Below, in pieces: positions 48,109 to 58,131 of a stretch of DNA of 61,340 bases; the first letter of the stretch is position 1; each line of letters opens with the position of its first letter. The notes under the pieces are model-generated. The model did not search any database. It worked only from the letters and a program-made list of their open reading frames with translations, and was not told the origin of the DNA. This DNA comes from an uncultured Candidatus Saccharibacteria bacterium (GTDB lineage: Bacteria > Patescibacteriota > UBA1384 > XYA2-FULL-43-10 > 1-14-0-10-43-13): contig CAZVMH010000006.1 of assembly GCA_964628585.1 (NCBI GenBank), positions 1 through 61,340 on the forward strand, written 5' to 3'. The translations under genes and the position numbers were made by a program.

Positions 48109-48827
48109 CGACCTTTCATTTCGCCTGTTATTTTTCCATCTTGCATTTCAATCACCCTGTCCGCAAAACCAAGATAATTTGGGTTGTGCGTTACAAGTAA
48201 AACAGTTTTTTTTGAATCTTTGTTCAGCGCTTTAATGATTTTCATAATTTCATTTGCCGCCTTGCTGTCAAGATTTCCTGTCGGTTCGTCAATAATTAGA
48301 ATTTCTGGATTGTTAACCAACGATCTAGCAATGGCTACTCTTTGTTGCTCGCCCCCGGACAATTCTATCGGTTTGTGTTCATATCTTTTTTCCAAACCCA
48401 TCCCTGTCAAAAGCTCTTTGGCGATTTTAACCCTTTGTTTATACCCCATATTATTGAAAATCAAAGGCAAAGTAACATTTTGCAAAGCCGTCATGGTTGG
48501 TATCAAATTGAAATCCTGAAAAACTATGCCAATATTTAACAACCTGTGCTTGGCCTTTACTCTGGAGCTACTCCTGCCTAGATCTTTACCATTTACTACT
48601 ACTGATCCGCTGGTAGCGCGATCCAAACCAGCAATCATGTTTAAAAGAGTTGTCTTTCCTGATCCGGAAGGACCGAACAAGATAACAAACTCTCCGGAAT
48701 AAATGTCGATATTTATTCCCTTTAATACTCTAATAATATTTTCGCCCAAAGAAAAATCCTTAACCAGATCTATCGTCTGTATCAAAGGTTTTTCAGTTTC
48801 TGGCACTTTTACCGCCTTCATTATCAA
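48105..48827 (-). CDS. ABC ATP-binding protein (LolD/MacB type)
   Basis: GPSGSGKT, LSGGEQQRVAIAR, DEPTGNLD, VTH. Confidence 0.94.
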   Translation of the reverse strand: MIMKAVKVPETEKPLIQTIDLVKDFSLGENIIRVLKGINIDIYSGEFVILFGPSGSGKTTLLNMIAGLDRATSGSVVVNGKDLGRSSSRVKAKHRLLNIGIVFQDFNLIPTMTALQNVTLPLIFNNMGYKQRVKIAKELLTGMGLEKRYEHKPIELSGGEQQRVAIARSLVNNPEILIIDEPTGNLDSKAANEIMKIIKALNKDSKKTVLLVTHNPNYLGFADRVIEMQDGKITGEMKGR

Positions 48828-49101
48828 AGTTAGTGCCAGTTTTTTCTTCTAATACCTTGACCTCCTTTTCGATCTTGAGAAAGTATCGCAAAAACTCATA
48901 AATACCGAAAAAGAAGAAAAAGATTATTATGGCAATAATAATTATGACGATAATACCCAAAAATAACTTAGACAGATTCATACCCTCTGAACTGGAGATC
49001 AGAAGAATTGCCACGAGAAGTACGCCAACCGATAAAACTATACCGATTGCCAGCGAAAGAAATGCTGAAAGGTTTATAAGTCTTTCTGCAATCTTTTTCA
49101 T
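48793..49101 (-). CDS. Small two-TM membrane protein
   Basis: Two hydrophobic helices; abuts or overlaps both neighbours. Confidence 0.7.
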   Translation of the reverse strand: MKKIAERLINLSAFLSLAIGIVLSVGVLLVAILLISSSEGMNLSKLFLGIIVIIIIAIIIFFFFFGIYEFLRYFLKIEKEVKVLEEKTGTNFDNEGGKSARN

Positions 49102-52100
49102 TTAACTCCTAAACCAAGATGAAAATTTTGCAATAATATCTTGAAATTGTTTTATTATAATTTCTAACACACTTTTTGTTTCGGTTTTTTGCGGTGTTTT
49201 AAATACAAGGTTACTGCTTTCGGCCCCGACACCATTGTCGGCGATGCTTTTAATTTTATATTTATATTCAGTTCCTGCTTGCAGACCATCAAGTATTACT
49301 AAGTGTGATGAATTTTGACTTTCGCTTTTTTCTGTTTCAATAGAAGGTTCACCGGGTCCGTAAACCACCTGACTGGTAGCCGGCCTGCTCGTTTGCCAAC
49401 TTATGGCTATCATCGCCTTATCATCTGAAAGCTGCGTCGCTTCTTCTAATAATTTCGGGTTAATAATCTCGGGCGCTCCGGTATCGTTATTATCAGGTCT
49501 GATACTAACAATGCCATCATTACCTTTCGTACGGTAGTAATATGTCTTTGTTGGCACAAGCGCTTGATCGACATAATAATTTTCGACTGGGGTTGCCAAA
49601 GCTGCAAAGTTTTTGCCGTCCTCTGATTTTTCAATCGTTTGCCCTGCTTTCGATAATGAAATAAATGAATTATAATGACTGAGCTCTGGATCAGAAACAT
49701 TGTAAACAATGAGCCCTTCTTTAGAAACCTGGGTTGGCTTTAATACTCCGATTTTTTCCAATATGGCGGCAGAGGCCTTGGTAAAGAGAGAAAAGACATC
49801 TTGCAAAGATCTGATAATTATTTCTAATGTAGATTGTTTCTTGATAATTCCATTCGTTCTAAAAACATTGCTTTCTGAAGTAATATTATTACCATAAATA
49901 TCTCGGCTTATAACCTTATATTGATACGAGGTGCTAGCTTTTAGACCGGTTATCAATACGCCGTGTCCGGTGTTTAGTTTGCTTAAATCTTCCTCGCCAT
50001 ACGATTTTCCTTCCATTTCAACCACAGAAGTTGCAAGTGAACTTGTTTTCCAGTTTATAAGTACAGAAGTGTTGCCACTATCAGGGTCAACGATTGTACT
50101 TGGCGTTGATTTGATATCCGTTATTGATAAAGTATTCGATTCTTTGGCAGAAATTTCCAAAGGAGCTTCCGGAGAAGAGGCGCTTTCATTGCCGGCCAGA
50201 TCTATACCTTTAACTGTGAATACATAGCGTCCTGGCTTTAATTCGTTTTTAACAAAATATCTCGGGCCTTCTTGGCTTACAGTCCCCACCTTTTCATTTG
50301 CCAAATATATAGCATACTCTTTCATACCCTCGCCTACCGCATCACTTGAAGACGTCCATGTTATGTAAGCAGCATATGAACCCGTAACTTTGTTTGAGAC
50401 GTCAAACACAACCGCTTTTGTTATTGCAGACGGAGCTGACGAATCAAACCTTACTTTATATTCTGAACTGATTGCAGACAAATTTCCGGCCCTCCCCTTG
50501 GTTTTAACCGAAAAGTAATAATATCCATCAGCTACCAATTTGGCTTCATATTTATTCGTTGAGACTTCTTCTCCATTAACGATATCAGTTTTGCCTGGTT
50601 CACTTCCTACATATACAAGGTAAGACCCAACTCCCGCCCCTTGATCGGTTGCAACATCCCATTCGAATATTACCGGAGAGTTTTTGGTAAGCGACAATTC
50701 ACTATTAGAAAGATTGGTTGCCTTAATGCCGGATGGAATAGTAGGCAAACTTTGATCTATACCAAATGTTCGTTTCTCCGATGAAGTTTCATTGGTTAAG
50801 TTGTCGATTGCTTTAACCTGCCATGTATGTTGGCCAAGAGTAAGATTTGTTAAGTCATAACTAGTTACGGAAGATAAAATGTTCCCATCCAATAAGGCAT
50901 CGTCAAAATAAAGTTGGTATTTTTGCAATCCAGAACCCAAATCGGATGCTGCCTCCCATGTTAATTGTAGAGAAGTTGTATTAGCCCAATAATTGTTTGC
51001 AGGAGAGTAAAGAGAGAATGCTTGAGGACCGGTAGTGTCCATGAGGATTGTGTCGGTATATACGCTAGACTCATTTCCGGCGGTGTCTTTAAATTTTATG
51101 TAAACAGTTTTAATACCATCGCCTGCTACTAAATTGTGCTCTATTTCAGCCCCATAGCTTTGCCAGGAGGAATAGTTCGCTCCGTTATTTGAAATAGCCA
51201 CCTCGGATACATCCCCGCCGCCGGTGTCACTTGCGGTAAACGAAAGAAAAACTCCAGCAGTAGTAACTTCAGGCTCATCACCATTAATAACAACGGAGCC
51301 AGTCGGAGGAGTAGTATCAATCAAAACAGTGCCGGCGTCAGAGACAACGCTTTCATTGGTCGCATTGTCGGTTGCTTTAACGGTGAGAGAATAACTGCCT
51401 TCAGCCAAGGTTGTTGATGTCCATGTAGTATTGTTGCCGATATTTGTCCAATCTCCAGAGCCATACCTTACTGAATAAGAATTAACCCCAGCCAAAGAAT
51501 CCTCTGATGATGTCCAGCTCCAAGTCGGTGTGGTGTCATTTGTTATAGCTATAGTGGTGGGCGTGCCAGGTTTTGTCGGTCCAGCCGTATCATAAATAAT
51601 TGAATCAGAAGCTGCGGCTGAAACATTGCCGGCATTGTCGGTAAATCTGGCGGCAATTGTTATATTGCCCGTTCCTCCTGTAATAGTATATACCGTTGGA
51701 TCTTCGGTATAGGCAAAAGGGTCTCCCCAAACCGTCCCTCCGTCTTCAGATACTTCAATAGTATTTAAACCGGAGGTAGCGTCTGTAGCTGACATATTAA
51801 GAGTTATGGAATTGTCATTGGTGTATGATCCTTCCGTTATTGTAACCTCTGGGCTTGTTGGAGCAGTTATATCCTTTATTATTGCCGCTTCTGTATCCGT
51901 CCCGGTATTATTCGCCAAATCCGTGTCTTTTAAGTAAAGACTAAAAGCGCCATCAGCCAGGCCGGTAAAACCAGTAATATCCGAAAGTGTAGTTGCCCCG
52001 CTGGTACAGGAGGACCAGTTGATATTGTTAATAGAACACTGGGGTGAAGTTGATTCGGTATCGGTAAAGCTAACAATCGTTGTTCCTTTAACAAATGCGC

Positions 52101-55100
52101 CGGCAACAGGAGCAGTAATATTGACAGTTGGGGCAGCAGTATCAACAGAGAAATCCGCCGCTGCCGGAGTCCCTGGTGGAGTGCCGTCGCTATTTCCGCC
52201 AAATGATACCCACGCAGATGTAGCACCACTATTGTCTATGGCCCTTGCTTGCCAATGATATTGCGTCCCGCTGACCAGACCACTGATAGTTATTGTGTTT
52301 GTGCAAGGAGACTGGCAAAAGCTATCCGATGTCCCGGAAACTGTTCCGTCAAAAGCAGAGTCAATCGGCTGGCGCTCAATTTGTAATTTTACTTCATCCA
52401 AATCTAAATCACTGATCGAGGCACTAAATTTTACTGAATCTGTGTTAATCCAACTTCCTGTGGCAATAGGAGTATCGTCTTCTTCGGCCTGATCAAGAGA
52501 CGTGGGTTCGCTTGGCATGGTATTGAACAACCAACCATCATTGTTGCCATTATCGGTAGATGTTGCCACAATTGGCGCTATGGTGCCTCCGGACACCGCA
52601 AAATCTCTCACATTTACATAGTTTACGTTGGTAATGTTTGAAGGAATTGCATAAGAATACCTGTCGCCGATTAAACCACTATCAGTTGTGCTTTGGTAGG
52701 TTATGCGCTTATCGCTGGCTGATCCCGAAAGAGAAAGTGTTCCGCTTACAGTTTGAGTCGTACCAGCCGTCGTCTTGATTGTTTTGGCCCCTTGGGACGA
52801 GTCAAAGGTTAGGTTATTGAAAGTAGTATTTCCAGAAATTGTAGCAAGAGAAGTGCCATCAAAAGTAACCGTACCAGAGTTGGCGGTAAAAGTAGCAGTA
52901 TTTGACCAATTGCCAGCCACATTTATATTTTGGCCATTGGCATCAAAAATCCCGGCGGAGTTGGTGAAGTTGCCGTTGATATCTAAGGGGCTAGTTATAA
53001 CCTGCAAAGTTCCGGCGCCGGAATGAATAATATTGTTAAACGCCTGCCCGCCGTTATCTAAGGTCTGGGTACTGCCACTATTAAGAGTGACTGTAGAATT
53101 ACTAAAGTTGGACCCAGTAGTTTCACTGTTTGACCAATTGCCAGAAACATTGAAATCAATAGTGTTAACACCATTTGTTAAAATTTGATTTGCCCCCCCA
53201 CCGGCACGAATCGTCATGGCTGTTGTGTTCACTGTTGACTTAGAACCGCCAGTATTTTGTATAACACCGTTTTTAACAGTTGAACCAGAATAACCAAGAA
53301 TAATTCCGCTGGCACCCGTCACGGTAAGATCGTAACCTTTAAGATCTAAAAGACCTTTGACATTATTGGCCCAATCCCCTCCGATCGAAATGTCAGTCGT
53401 ACTAATTGTCCCCAGTAGATTAAAAGTAGTAATACCAGCCGACCTGCAATAAAGAGTAAGAGGACCATATGACGCTGCAGGTATATTTACAGCATTGCCT
53501 CCATTGACAAAAAAATAAATTCTTAATCCGCTTATATTTGCCCCATTGTAAGTAATGGGCGTGCCTGACGCATAAAAACGCAAACCTGAGGCCCCATACC
53601 CCCCCGAATGCTGAACTGTTGTTGTGGCATCGCCAAAGGTAACGCTACCTCCCACACCAATACACGCTATGCCTTGATTAATAGTATATGTTGTTCCCCC
53701 GGTAGCAGGAAATTGAATGTTGTTAAAAACAGTACTAGCAGCCGCCGGGAAGCTCATTGTGCCACTATCCGCAAAAATAATCGTGCTCGAACCAGCATAA
53801 AAATGGGTATCGTAACCACTTTGAGACCAGTTGCCATGACAAGTAATAGTTGACGCCGATGAAGTAGCGTTGATATTACCCGTACCATTGAGTGTTATAT
53901 TGTGAGCATAGATGTTGTAATCGTTGGAAGCAGGCCGAACGTCCAAAGTCGCGCCGGTAGAGATGGTTAGATCGCCGGCCAATGCGTTTGCATCGGTTAG
54001 ATTGCCGGTTAGGTTGTAGGTGGTAGCTGTTCCGCCAGTAGGGCTCAATATTAAATTATTGTAAGGAGCAGTAGTTATGTTAGTTGCTGTTGTTACTCCG
54101 GCATAGGTGACGGTCGATCCGGTGGTTGTCAACGCTCCGTTGATTGTTAGAGGTGTGCCGGTGCCGGTCAAGGTAAAGTTTCGGCTAGAAATATCAAGAG
54201 TGTCTTCTGCTGCAACTGTAATGGAGGTCGCCTTAATATCTGTCTGTGCCGTTATTACGGCTGCACTACTACTATTAAAATTCAATATTCCCAAATCTTG
54301 CTTCACAGTGTTGTTGTCAGTTATACTGGCCGCTGCAGTATCTGTAGTAATATTTATTTTTGCAATACCGTCATCCTGTTTTGTCCACGTTGCGCCGTTG
54401 GCAATTGTAAGACTCCCGTTAATATACACTTCAGGATCATTGGTAGCCAAATCAAGAACAGCAGTCCCTTCAACGCTCAAATTGTTCCCGGCAGCTAATA
54501 TCCCGGATACAACTTTTGTGCCGGAACCGGAAAAAACAGCATTCCCGCCGAGTGCAACCCCACTAGCGTTAAAGGCAATATTTTGACCACCCCCCGAAAA
54601 ATTAACCGTAGAATTGTTATCGATTACTGATAAACCCGTCGTGTCTATAACAGAAACATCCCCTTGAATATTTAAGGTTGATGAATTTTGCAAAGTAAAG
54701 GTCTCTGCCGTTGCAATGGAAAAAGCCCCGCTTCCTCCGTTGGCGCTCGATATTGTCAAAGTATGTCCGCCATCCACATAGAATACATTCCCGCCACTTT
54801 CAAGCATAGTGACAGACGCCACTGTTTTGTCGGAATTTAAAATAATATCAGAATCAATTATAACGTTAAAAATGCGATCAGCAGTGTTGTTTGGAATTTC
54901 GGGTAGCTCTGAAGGACCACAAATCCAGTTGTCAGCCACATCCCAGTTTGTCGGATCTTCAGACGCTGCAATGAATCTACAATCAACTATAGTCGCTTCA
55001 GCTTTCGCCTTCTGAATCGTGCCACCAAACAAACCCAAAAAAGAACCGACAAAGGTACCAAGAATCATTATTGTTAAAAAACTCATGTGCACAGCGTTGG

Positions 55101-55383
55101 CATTGGGATTTAAATGCCATCGATAATACCAACCGTACTTCATCCTTAAACGATCATGGACCGGAACAAACCACCTAAGGGAAGTTTTTGTGCTCCGCTG
55201 AATTCTTAATAATTTATCATCTTCATCCATGTTTACCATCTTTTGATCCAAGACCTTTCGCTGTTTTTTGTTTTTAAACCAATTTTTAAATTCATAAGTA
55301 TAGCACTCGCCGACAATAAGACATATGGAAAAGACCGCTAATGTTAAAAGCAGCAAGAGAACTAGTACCGTAGTGATCCACAC
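49102..55383 (-). CDS. 2093-aa surface protein (beta-helix-like region plus Ig/FN3-like domains)
   Basis: N-terminal TM segments, T/G/N-rich beta-solenoid-like repeats (GNWSN, TVTFDG), repeated D-x-AGN and D-T-T-x-P Ig signatures. Confidence 0.85.
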   Translation of the reverse strand: MWITTVLVLLLLLTLAVFSICLIVGECYTYEFKNWFKNKKQRKVLDQKMVNMDEDDKLLRIQRSTKTSLRWFVPVHDRLRMKYGWYYRWHLNPNANAVHMSFLTIMILGTFVGSFLGLFGGTIQKAKAEATIVDCRFIAASEDPTNWDVADNWICGPSELPEIPNNTADRIFNVIIDSDIILNSDKTVASVTMLESGGNVFYVDGGHTLTISSANGGSGAFSIATAETFTLQNSSTLNIQGDVSVIDTTGLSVIDNNSTVNFSGGGQNIAFNASGVALGGNAVFSGSGTKVVSGILAAGNNLSVEGTAVLDLATNDPEVYINGSLTIANGATWTKQDDGIAKINITTDTAAASITDNNTVKQDLGILNFNSSSAAVITAQTDIKATSITVAAEDTLDISSRNFTLTGTGTPLTINGALTTTGSTVTYAGVTTATNITTAPYNNLILSPTGGTATTYNLTGNLTDANALAGDLTISTGATLDVRPASNDYNIYAHNITLNGTGNINATSSASTITCHGNWSQSGYDTHFYAGSSTIIFADSGTMSFPAAASTVFNNIQFPATGGTTYTINQGIACIGVGGSVTFGDATTTVQHSGGYGASGLRFYASGTPITYNGANISGLRIYFFVNGGNAVNIPAASYGPLTLYCRSAGITTFNLLGTISTTDISIGGDWANNVKGLLDLKGYDLTVTGASGIILGYSGSTVKNGVIQNTGGSKSTVNTTAMTIRAGGGANQILTNGVNTIDFNVSGNWSNSETTGSNFSNSTVTLNSGSTQTLDNGGQAFNNIIHSGAGTLQVITSPLDINGNFTNSAGIFDANGQNINVAGNWSNTATFTANSGTVTFDGTSLATISGNTTFNNLTFDSSQGAKTIKTTAGTTQTVSGTLSLSGSASDKRITYQSTTDSGLIGDRYSYAIPSNITNVNYVNVRDFAVSGGTIAPIVATSTDNGNNDGWLFNTMPSEPTSLDQAEEDDTPIATGSWINTDSVKFSASISDLDLDEVKLQIERQPIDSAFDGTVSGTSDSFCQSPCTNTITISGLVSGTQYHWQARAIDNSGATSAWVSFGGNSDGTPPGTPAAADFSVDTAAPTVNITAPVAGAFVKGTTIVSFTDTESTSPQCSINNINWSSCTSGATTLSDITGFTGLADGAFSLYLKDTDLANNTGTDTEAAIIKDITAPTSPEVTITEGSYTNDNSITLNMSATDATSGLNTIEVSEDGGTVWGDPFAYTEDPTVYTITGGTGNITIAARFTDNAGNVSAAASDSIIYDTAGPTKPGTPTTIAITNDTTPTWSWTSSEDSLAGVNSYSVRYGSGDWTNIGNNTTWTSTTLAEGSYSLTVKATDNATNESVVSDAGTVLIDTTPPTGSVVINGDEPEVTTAGVFLSFTASDTGGGDVSEVAISNNGANYSSWQSYGAEIEHNLVAGDGIKTVYIKFKDTAGNESSVYTDTILMDTTGPQAFSLYSPANNYWANTTSLQLTWEAASDLGSGLQKYQLYFDDALLDGNILSSVTSYDLTNLTLGQHTWQVKAIDNLTNETSSEKRTFGIDQSLPTIPSGIKATNLSNSELSLTKNSPVIFEWDVATDQGAGVGSYLVYVGSEPGKTDIVNGEEVSTNKYEAKLVADGYYYFSVKTKGRAGNLSAISSEYKVRFDSSAPSAITKAVVFDVSNKVTGSYAAYITWTSSSDAVGEGMKEYAIYLANEKVGTVSQEGPRYFVKNELKPGRYVFTVKGIDLAGNESASSPEAPLEISAKESNTLSITDIKSTPSTIVDPDSGNTSVLINWKTSSLATSVVEMEGKSYGEEDLSKLNTGHGVLITGLKASTSYQYKVISRDIYGNNITSESNVFRTNGIIKKQSTLEIIIRSLQDVFSLFTKASAAILEKIGVLKPTQVSKEGLIVYNVSDPELSHYNSFISLSKAGQTIEKSEDGKNFAALATPVENYYVDQALVPTKTYYYRTKGNDGIVSIRPDNNDTGAPEIINPKLLEEATQLSDDKAMIAISWQTSRPATSQVVYGPGEPSIETEKSESQNSSHLVILDGLQAGTEYKYKIKSIADNGVGAESSNLVFKTPQKTETKSVLEIIIKQFQDIIAKFSSWFRS

Positions 55384-55594
55384 CCTCCTCCTTTCATTTC
55401 AATCAACAATACTATTATAGTATATAATAGCGATTCTTGGCAAATCTACTGTTCTCTCCCCCTTTCAAAGAATAAACTAACCCTATCTGCAACTTGTCTC
55501 TGAACTGCATCGAAATAATCCTCAAATAAATAATTATTCAATAATTATAAAAAGCCGCCATTGCTGGGGGCTTTTTTATAATTTGCGAGCGTTT

Positions 55595-56350
55595 TTACTT
55601 TTTTTCTTGGTTCTTACCAAATTTTACTTTGGTAGCCTTCTTCGGCTCTACTTTGGGAAGTTTGATTGTTAAAACACCATCTTTCATGTCTGCTTCCGCT
55701 TTGTCGGCAACAACATCTGAAGGAAGTGAAAAACTTCTCGAAAATTCACCAGAATGGCTTTCTTTATGGTAGTACCCTTCCTCTTCTGTTTCCTTTTCCT
55801 CCATCTTCTTTCCCGATATTGTCATGACTCCGTCAGCTATCTCAACTTCGATTTCTTCTTCCTTCATGCCCGGCAACTCGGCTTTCACAACCAAATCCGA
55901 CTTTGTGTCCTTTATGTCAATTTTTGGCATGACTGCCATTCCTCTTGGCGTAATAACGCTGTCTTCAAACAAACGATCCATTGCATCGCGCAAAGAGACC
56001 ATCTCTCGAAAAGGTCTCCATGGCTCAATTTCTTGTGACATATGTGTCTCCTTTCCGGCCCAATCTTCTTGTTTCGAAGATTGCGGCTTATTAATAATAT
56101 TTTTTATATTACCATTATTATCCTTGTCTCCAGCCAATTCAAATGGCAGTTCTAACAATTCATCAATACCTGAATCAAAAAACTTGCACATAGTCAAAAT
56201 CAACGGAAGCGACGGAAGAAATTTGCCCTGTTCCAGTGCAATTATTGATTGACGTGAAATTCCAAGCTCTTCGGCAAGCTCTTCCTGACTCAATTTTTTG
56301 CTTTTCCGTAAATCACGTAAACGGATTACTATTGAAAAATTTTCATCCAT
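55595..56350 (-). CDS. XRE-HTH / Hsp20 fusion protein
   Basis: LRDLRKSKKLSQEELAEELGISRQSI + linker + alpha-crystallin domain (AELPG, FSRSFSLP, GVLTIKLPK); internal RBS and ATG at 56041. Confidence 0.88.
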   Translation of the reverse strand: MDENFSIVIRLRDLRKSKKLSQEELAEELGISRQSIIALEQGKFLPSLPLILTMCKFFDSGIDELLELPFELAGDKDNNGNIKNIINKPQSSKQEDWAGKETHMSQEIEPWRPFREMVSLRDAMDRLFEDSVITPRGMAVMPKIDIKDTKSDLVVKAELPGMKEEEIEVEIADGVMTISGKKMEEKETEEEGYYHKESHSGEFSRSFSLPSDVVADKAEADMKDGVLTIKLPKVEPKKATKVKFGKNQEKK

Positions 56351-56385
56351 AAAGTATTCAGCTAAATAGTTTAATCTTATCAATT

Positions 56386-56416
56386 AAAATGTAAAGTAAA
56401 CTTTACATTTTGTCAA
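56386..56416 (-). promoter_or_regulatory. Promoter with palindromic operator upstream of the HTH-Hsp20 gene
   Basis: AAAATGTAAAG-N4-CTTTACATTTT (56386-56411) lying over TTGACA-17-TACATT. Confidence 0.7.
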
Positions 56417-56584
56417 GGGGCGGGGTTCCATTCGCCCCGCAGACCCCCAACGAAGTGCTATTATGAATCGTGGACGTAGACCACGTGAATAACAAAACGT
56501 AGTGGGGTCAATTTATCATGAACACGCAAGTAGTATATTTTCTTAATTATTACTAGTTCGCTTGAATGCTTGTATGCTTATCAG

Positions 56585-57136
56585 TTAACCGTTATCTGAT
56601 TTAATATACAAATACATTTTTGTCTTTATGCCCAGCGTTCGCGTGTAGGAAATATTTTTCGGTTTCATTGTCAAATTAAAAGCTAAAGACACAATTCTTG
56701 TTTTTGATCCAACGCTCTTAAGCAACCAGTTTTCTATTTTTTTTACCGTTTTAAAAAGCAAGTACATGTAAACTACATCCGATTTTTTCAAATATTTCTC
56801 CGCTTTTACAAAGTCGCTAATAATAATTTTTATATTATTTTTCTCCCCCAAAAGACTTACCCTTATTTTGGCCAGCAGAAAACAGTAAAGCGATTTTTCC
56901 ACTCCAATACCCTTTGCGCCAAATATTTTTGATGCAATAATGAGCGTTTTTCCATTTCCGCAACCCAGATCAACTACCGTTTCGCCCCTTTTAAGCTTTG
57001 CCAGTTTTAAACAATCAATGACTGCCTCGTCGCTGGCATAGACAATGGGCGCACCCGATTTCAGAGCATAAATCAAATTTATTTGCCAAAATAAAAGAAA
57101 TAGAAGTATAATTATAATTAGAATTAATAAGTCCAT
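56585..57136 (-). CDS. SAM-dependent methyltransferase with N-terminal TM
   Basis: VVDLGCGNG, IGVE, DVVYMYL. Confidence 0.85.
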   Translation of the reverse strand: MDLLILIIIILLFLLFWQINLIYALKSGAPIVYASDEAVIDCLKLAKLKRGETVVDLGCGNGKTLIIASKIFGAKGIGVEKSLYCFLLAKIRVSLLGEKNNIKIIISDFVKAEKYLKKSDVVYMYLLFKTVKKIENWLLKSVGSKTRIVSLAFNLTMKPKNISYTRTLGIKTKMYLYIKSDNG

Positions 57137-57154
57137 ATATTTAATATATCAGAT

Positions 57155-57382
57155 ATGAACGAACATGAATTTACCGAGTTGGTGAAACAACTCGTAAAAT
57201 ATGAAAGAAGGTTGTCAAGTCTGGCTTGGAACTTTTGGCGTGGGATTGTTTATGGTTTAGGTTTTTTTATAGGTTCTGCCCTACTGGCCGCTTTAATTAT
57301 CTACATTCTTGGACGAGTTGAGGACGGAAGTGCCGTTGGAAGATACCTTCAAGATTTCGTGGAGATATTGAGAGGGCAATAA
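57155..57382 (+). CDS. Small membrane protein (DUF5665-like)
   Basis: WNFWRGIVYGLGFFIGS...; stop codon abuts the repeat boundary. Confidence 0.65.
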   Translation: MNEHEFTELVKQLVKYERRLSSLAWNFWRGIVYGLGFFIGSALLAALIIYILGRVEDGSAVGRYLQDFVEILRGQ

Positions 57383-57383
57383 A

Positions 57384-57590
57384 TTTTTTGCTAGAGATAT
57401 TTTTTTTCGATAAATTGATCGCAGACTGGTCTTTATCAATCGCAATGACTTGAGTTCCAGTTTTCTTTGCTATAGAAATGCTATGTCCAGCATTGCCAAT
57501 CGTTCCATCAACAAAAATAGTATCTTTAATAGCTGAAAGATACGAAAAAATATTTACTATCTCATTCTCTAGGACTGGAATATGATTCAT
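57384..57590 (-). pseudogene. rsmH: Truncated 5' copy of rsmH
   Basis: First 69 codons identical to 46596..46390, then runs into unrelated sequence. Confidence 0.88.
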
Positions 57591-57608
57591 AAAAAGTTAA
57601 ATACATTA

Positions 57609-57997
57609 TGGTGGAGGTGGAGGGAGTTGCACCCTCGTCCAAAAGGTTAAAAACGTACATTTTACAAGCTTATCTCCGATAAATTTTGATCAAATAATGG
57701 ATAGAATCGGAGAAAAAATCCACTACTTTATCAGCTGTTTAACTTAGGTTTCTTCGCGCCTGACCCAAAGAAACTGTAGTTCGAGATATGACACTCATGA
57801 CTTCGATTCGAACAGACCAAAGGTGAGCGGTTGCCACAATTAAGCAGCAACTGGCGCAAAGCTAGGAACTGCGAAAGCAGATCTTACTTTGCTAAAAAGT
57901 GTGTTTGCACTTAAGTTTTTGCCAACATTTAAAGCGATTGGCGTTCTTGCTTGCAATATGTTTTTAAGGTTCCTTTTGTCGAAGCTAAAACACCCCC
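57609..57997 (-). ncRNA. ssrA: tmRNA (full length)
   Basis: 5' GGGGGTG...TTCGAC, 3' CACCTCCACCA; tag reading frame ANTLFSKVRSAFAVPSFAPVAA-stop. Confidence 0.93.
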
Positions 57998-58131
57998 AAG
58001 TCAATATATAATCCTACATTATTTTGCGAAAATGTCAACATAAAATCGACTTTCGGCCATTTTTTGCTTGTAGATAACTGTTTATTGTTATATAATATAT
58101 ATAGCAAGCGTTAAACTAATTAGGAGGGAAA

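Noticed and set aside
57297-57383. Novel C-terminus making truncated rsmH a fusion protein
   Set aside because: The 28 extra residues are antisense read-through into the DUF5665-like gene; the product lacks most of the methyltransferase fold.
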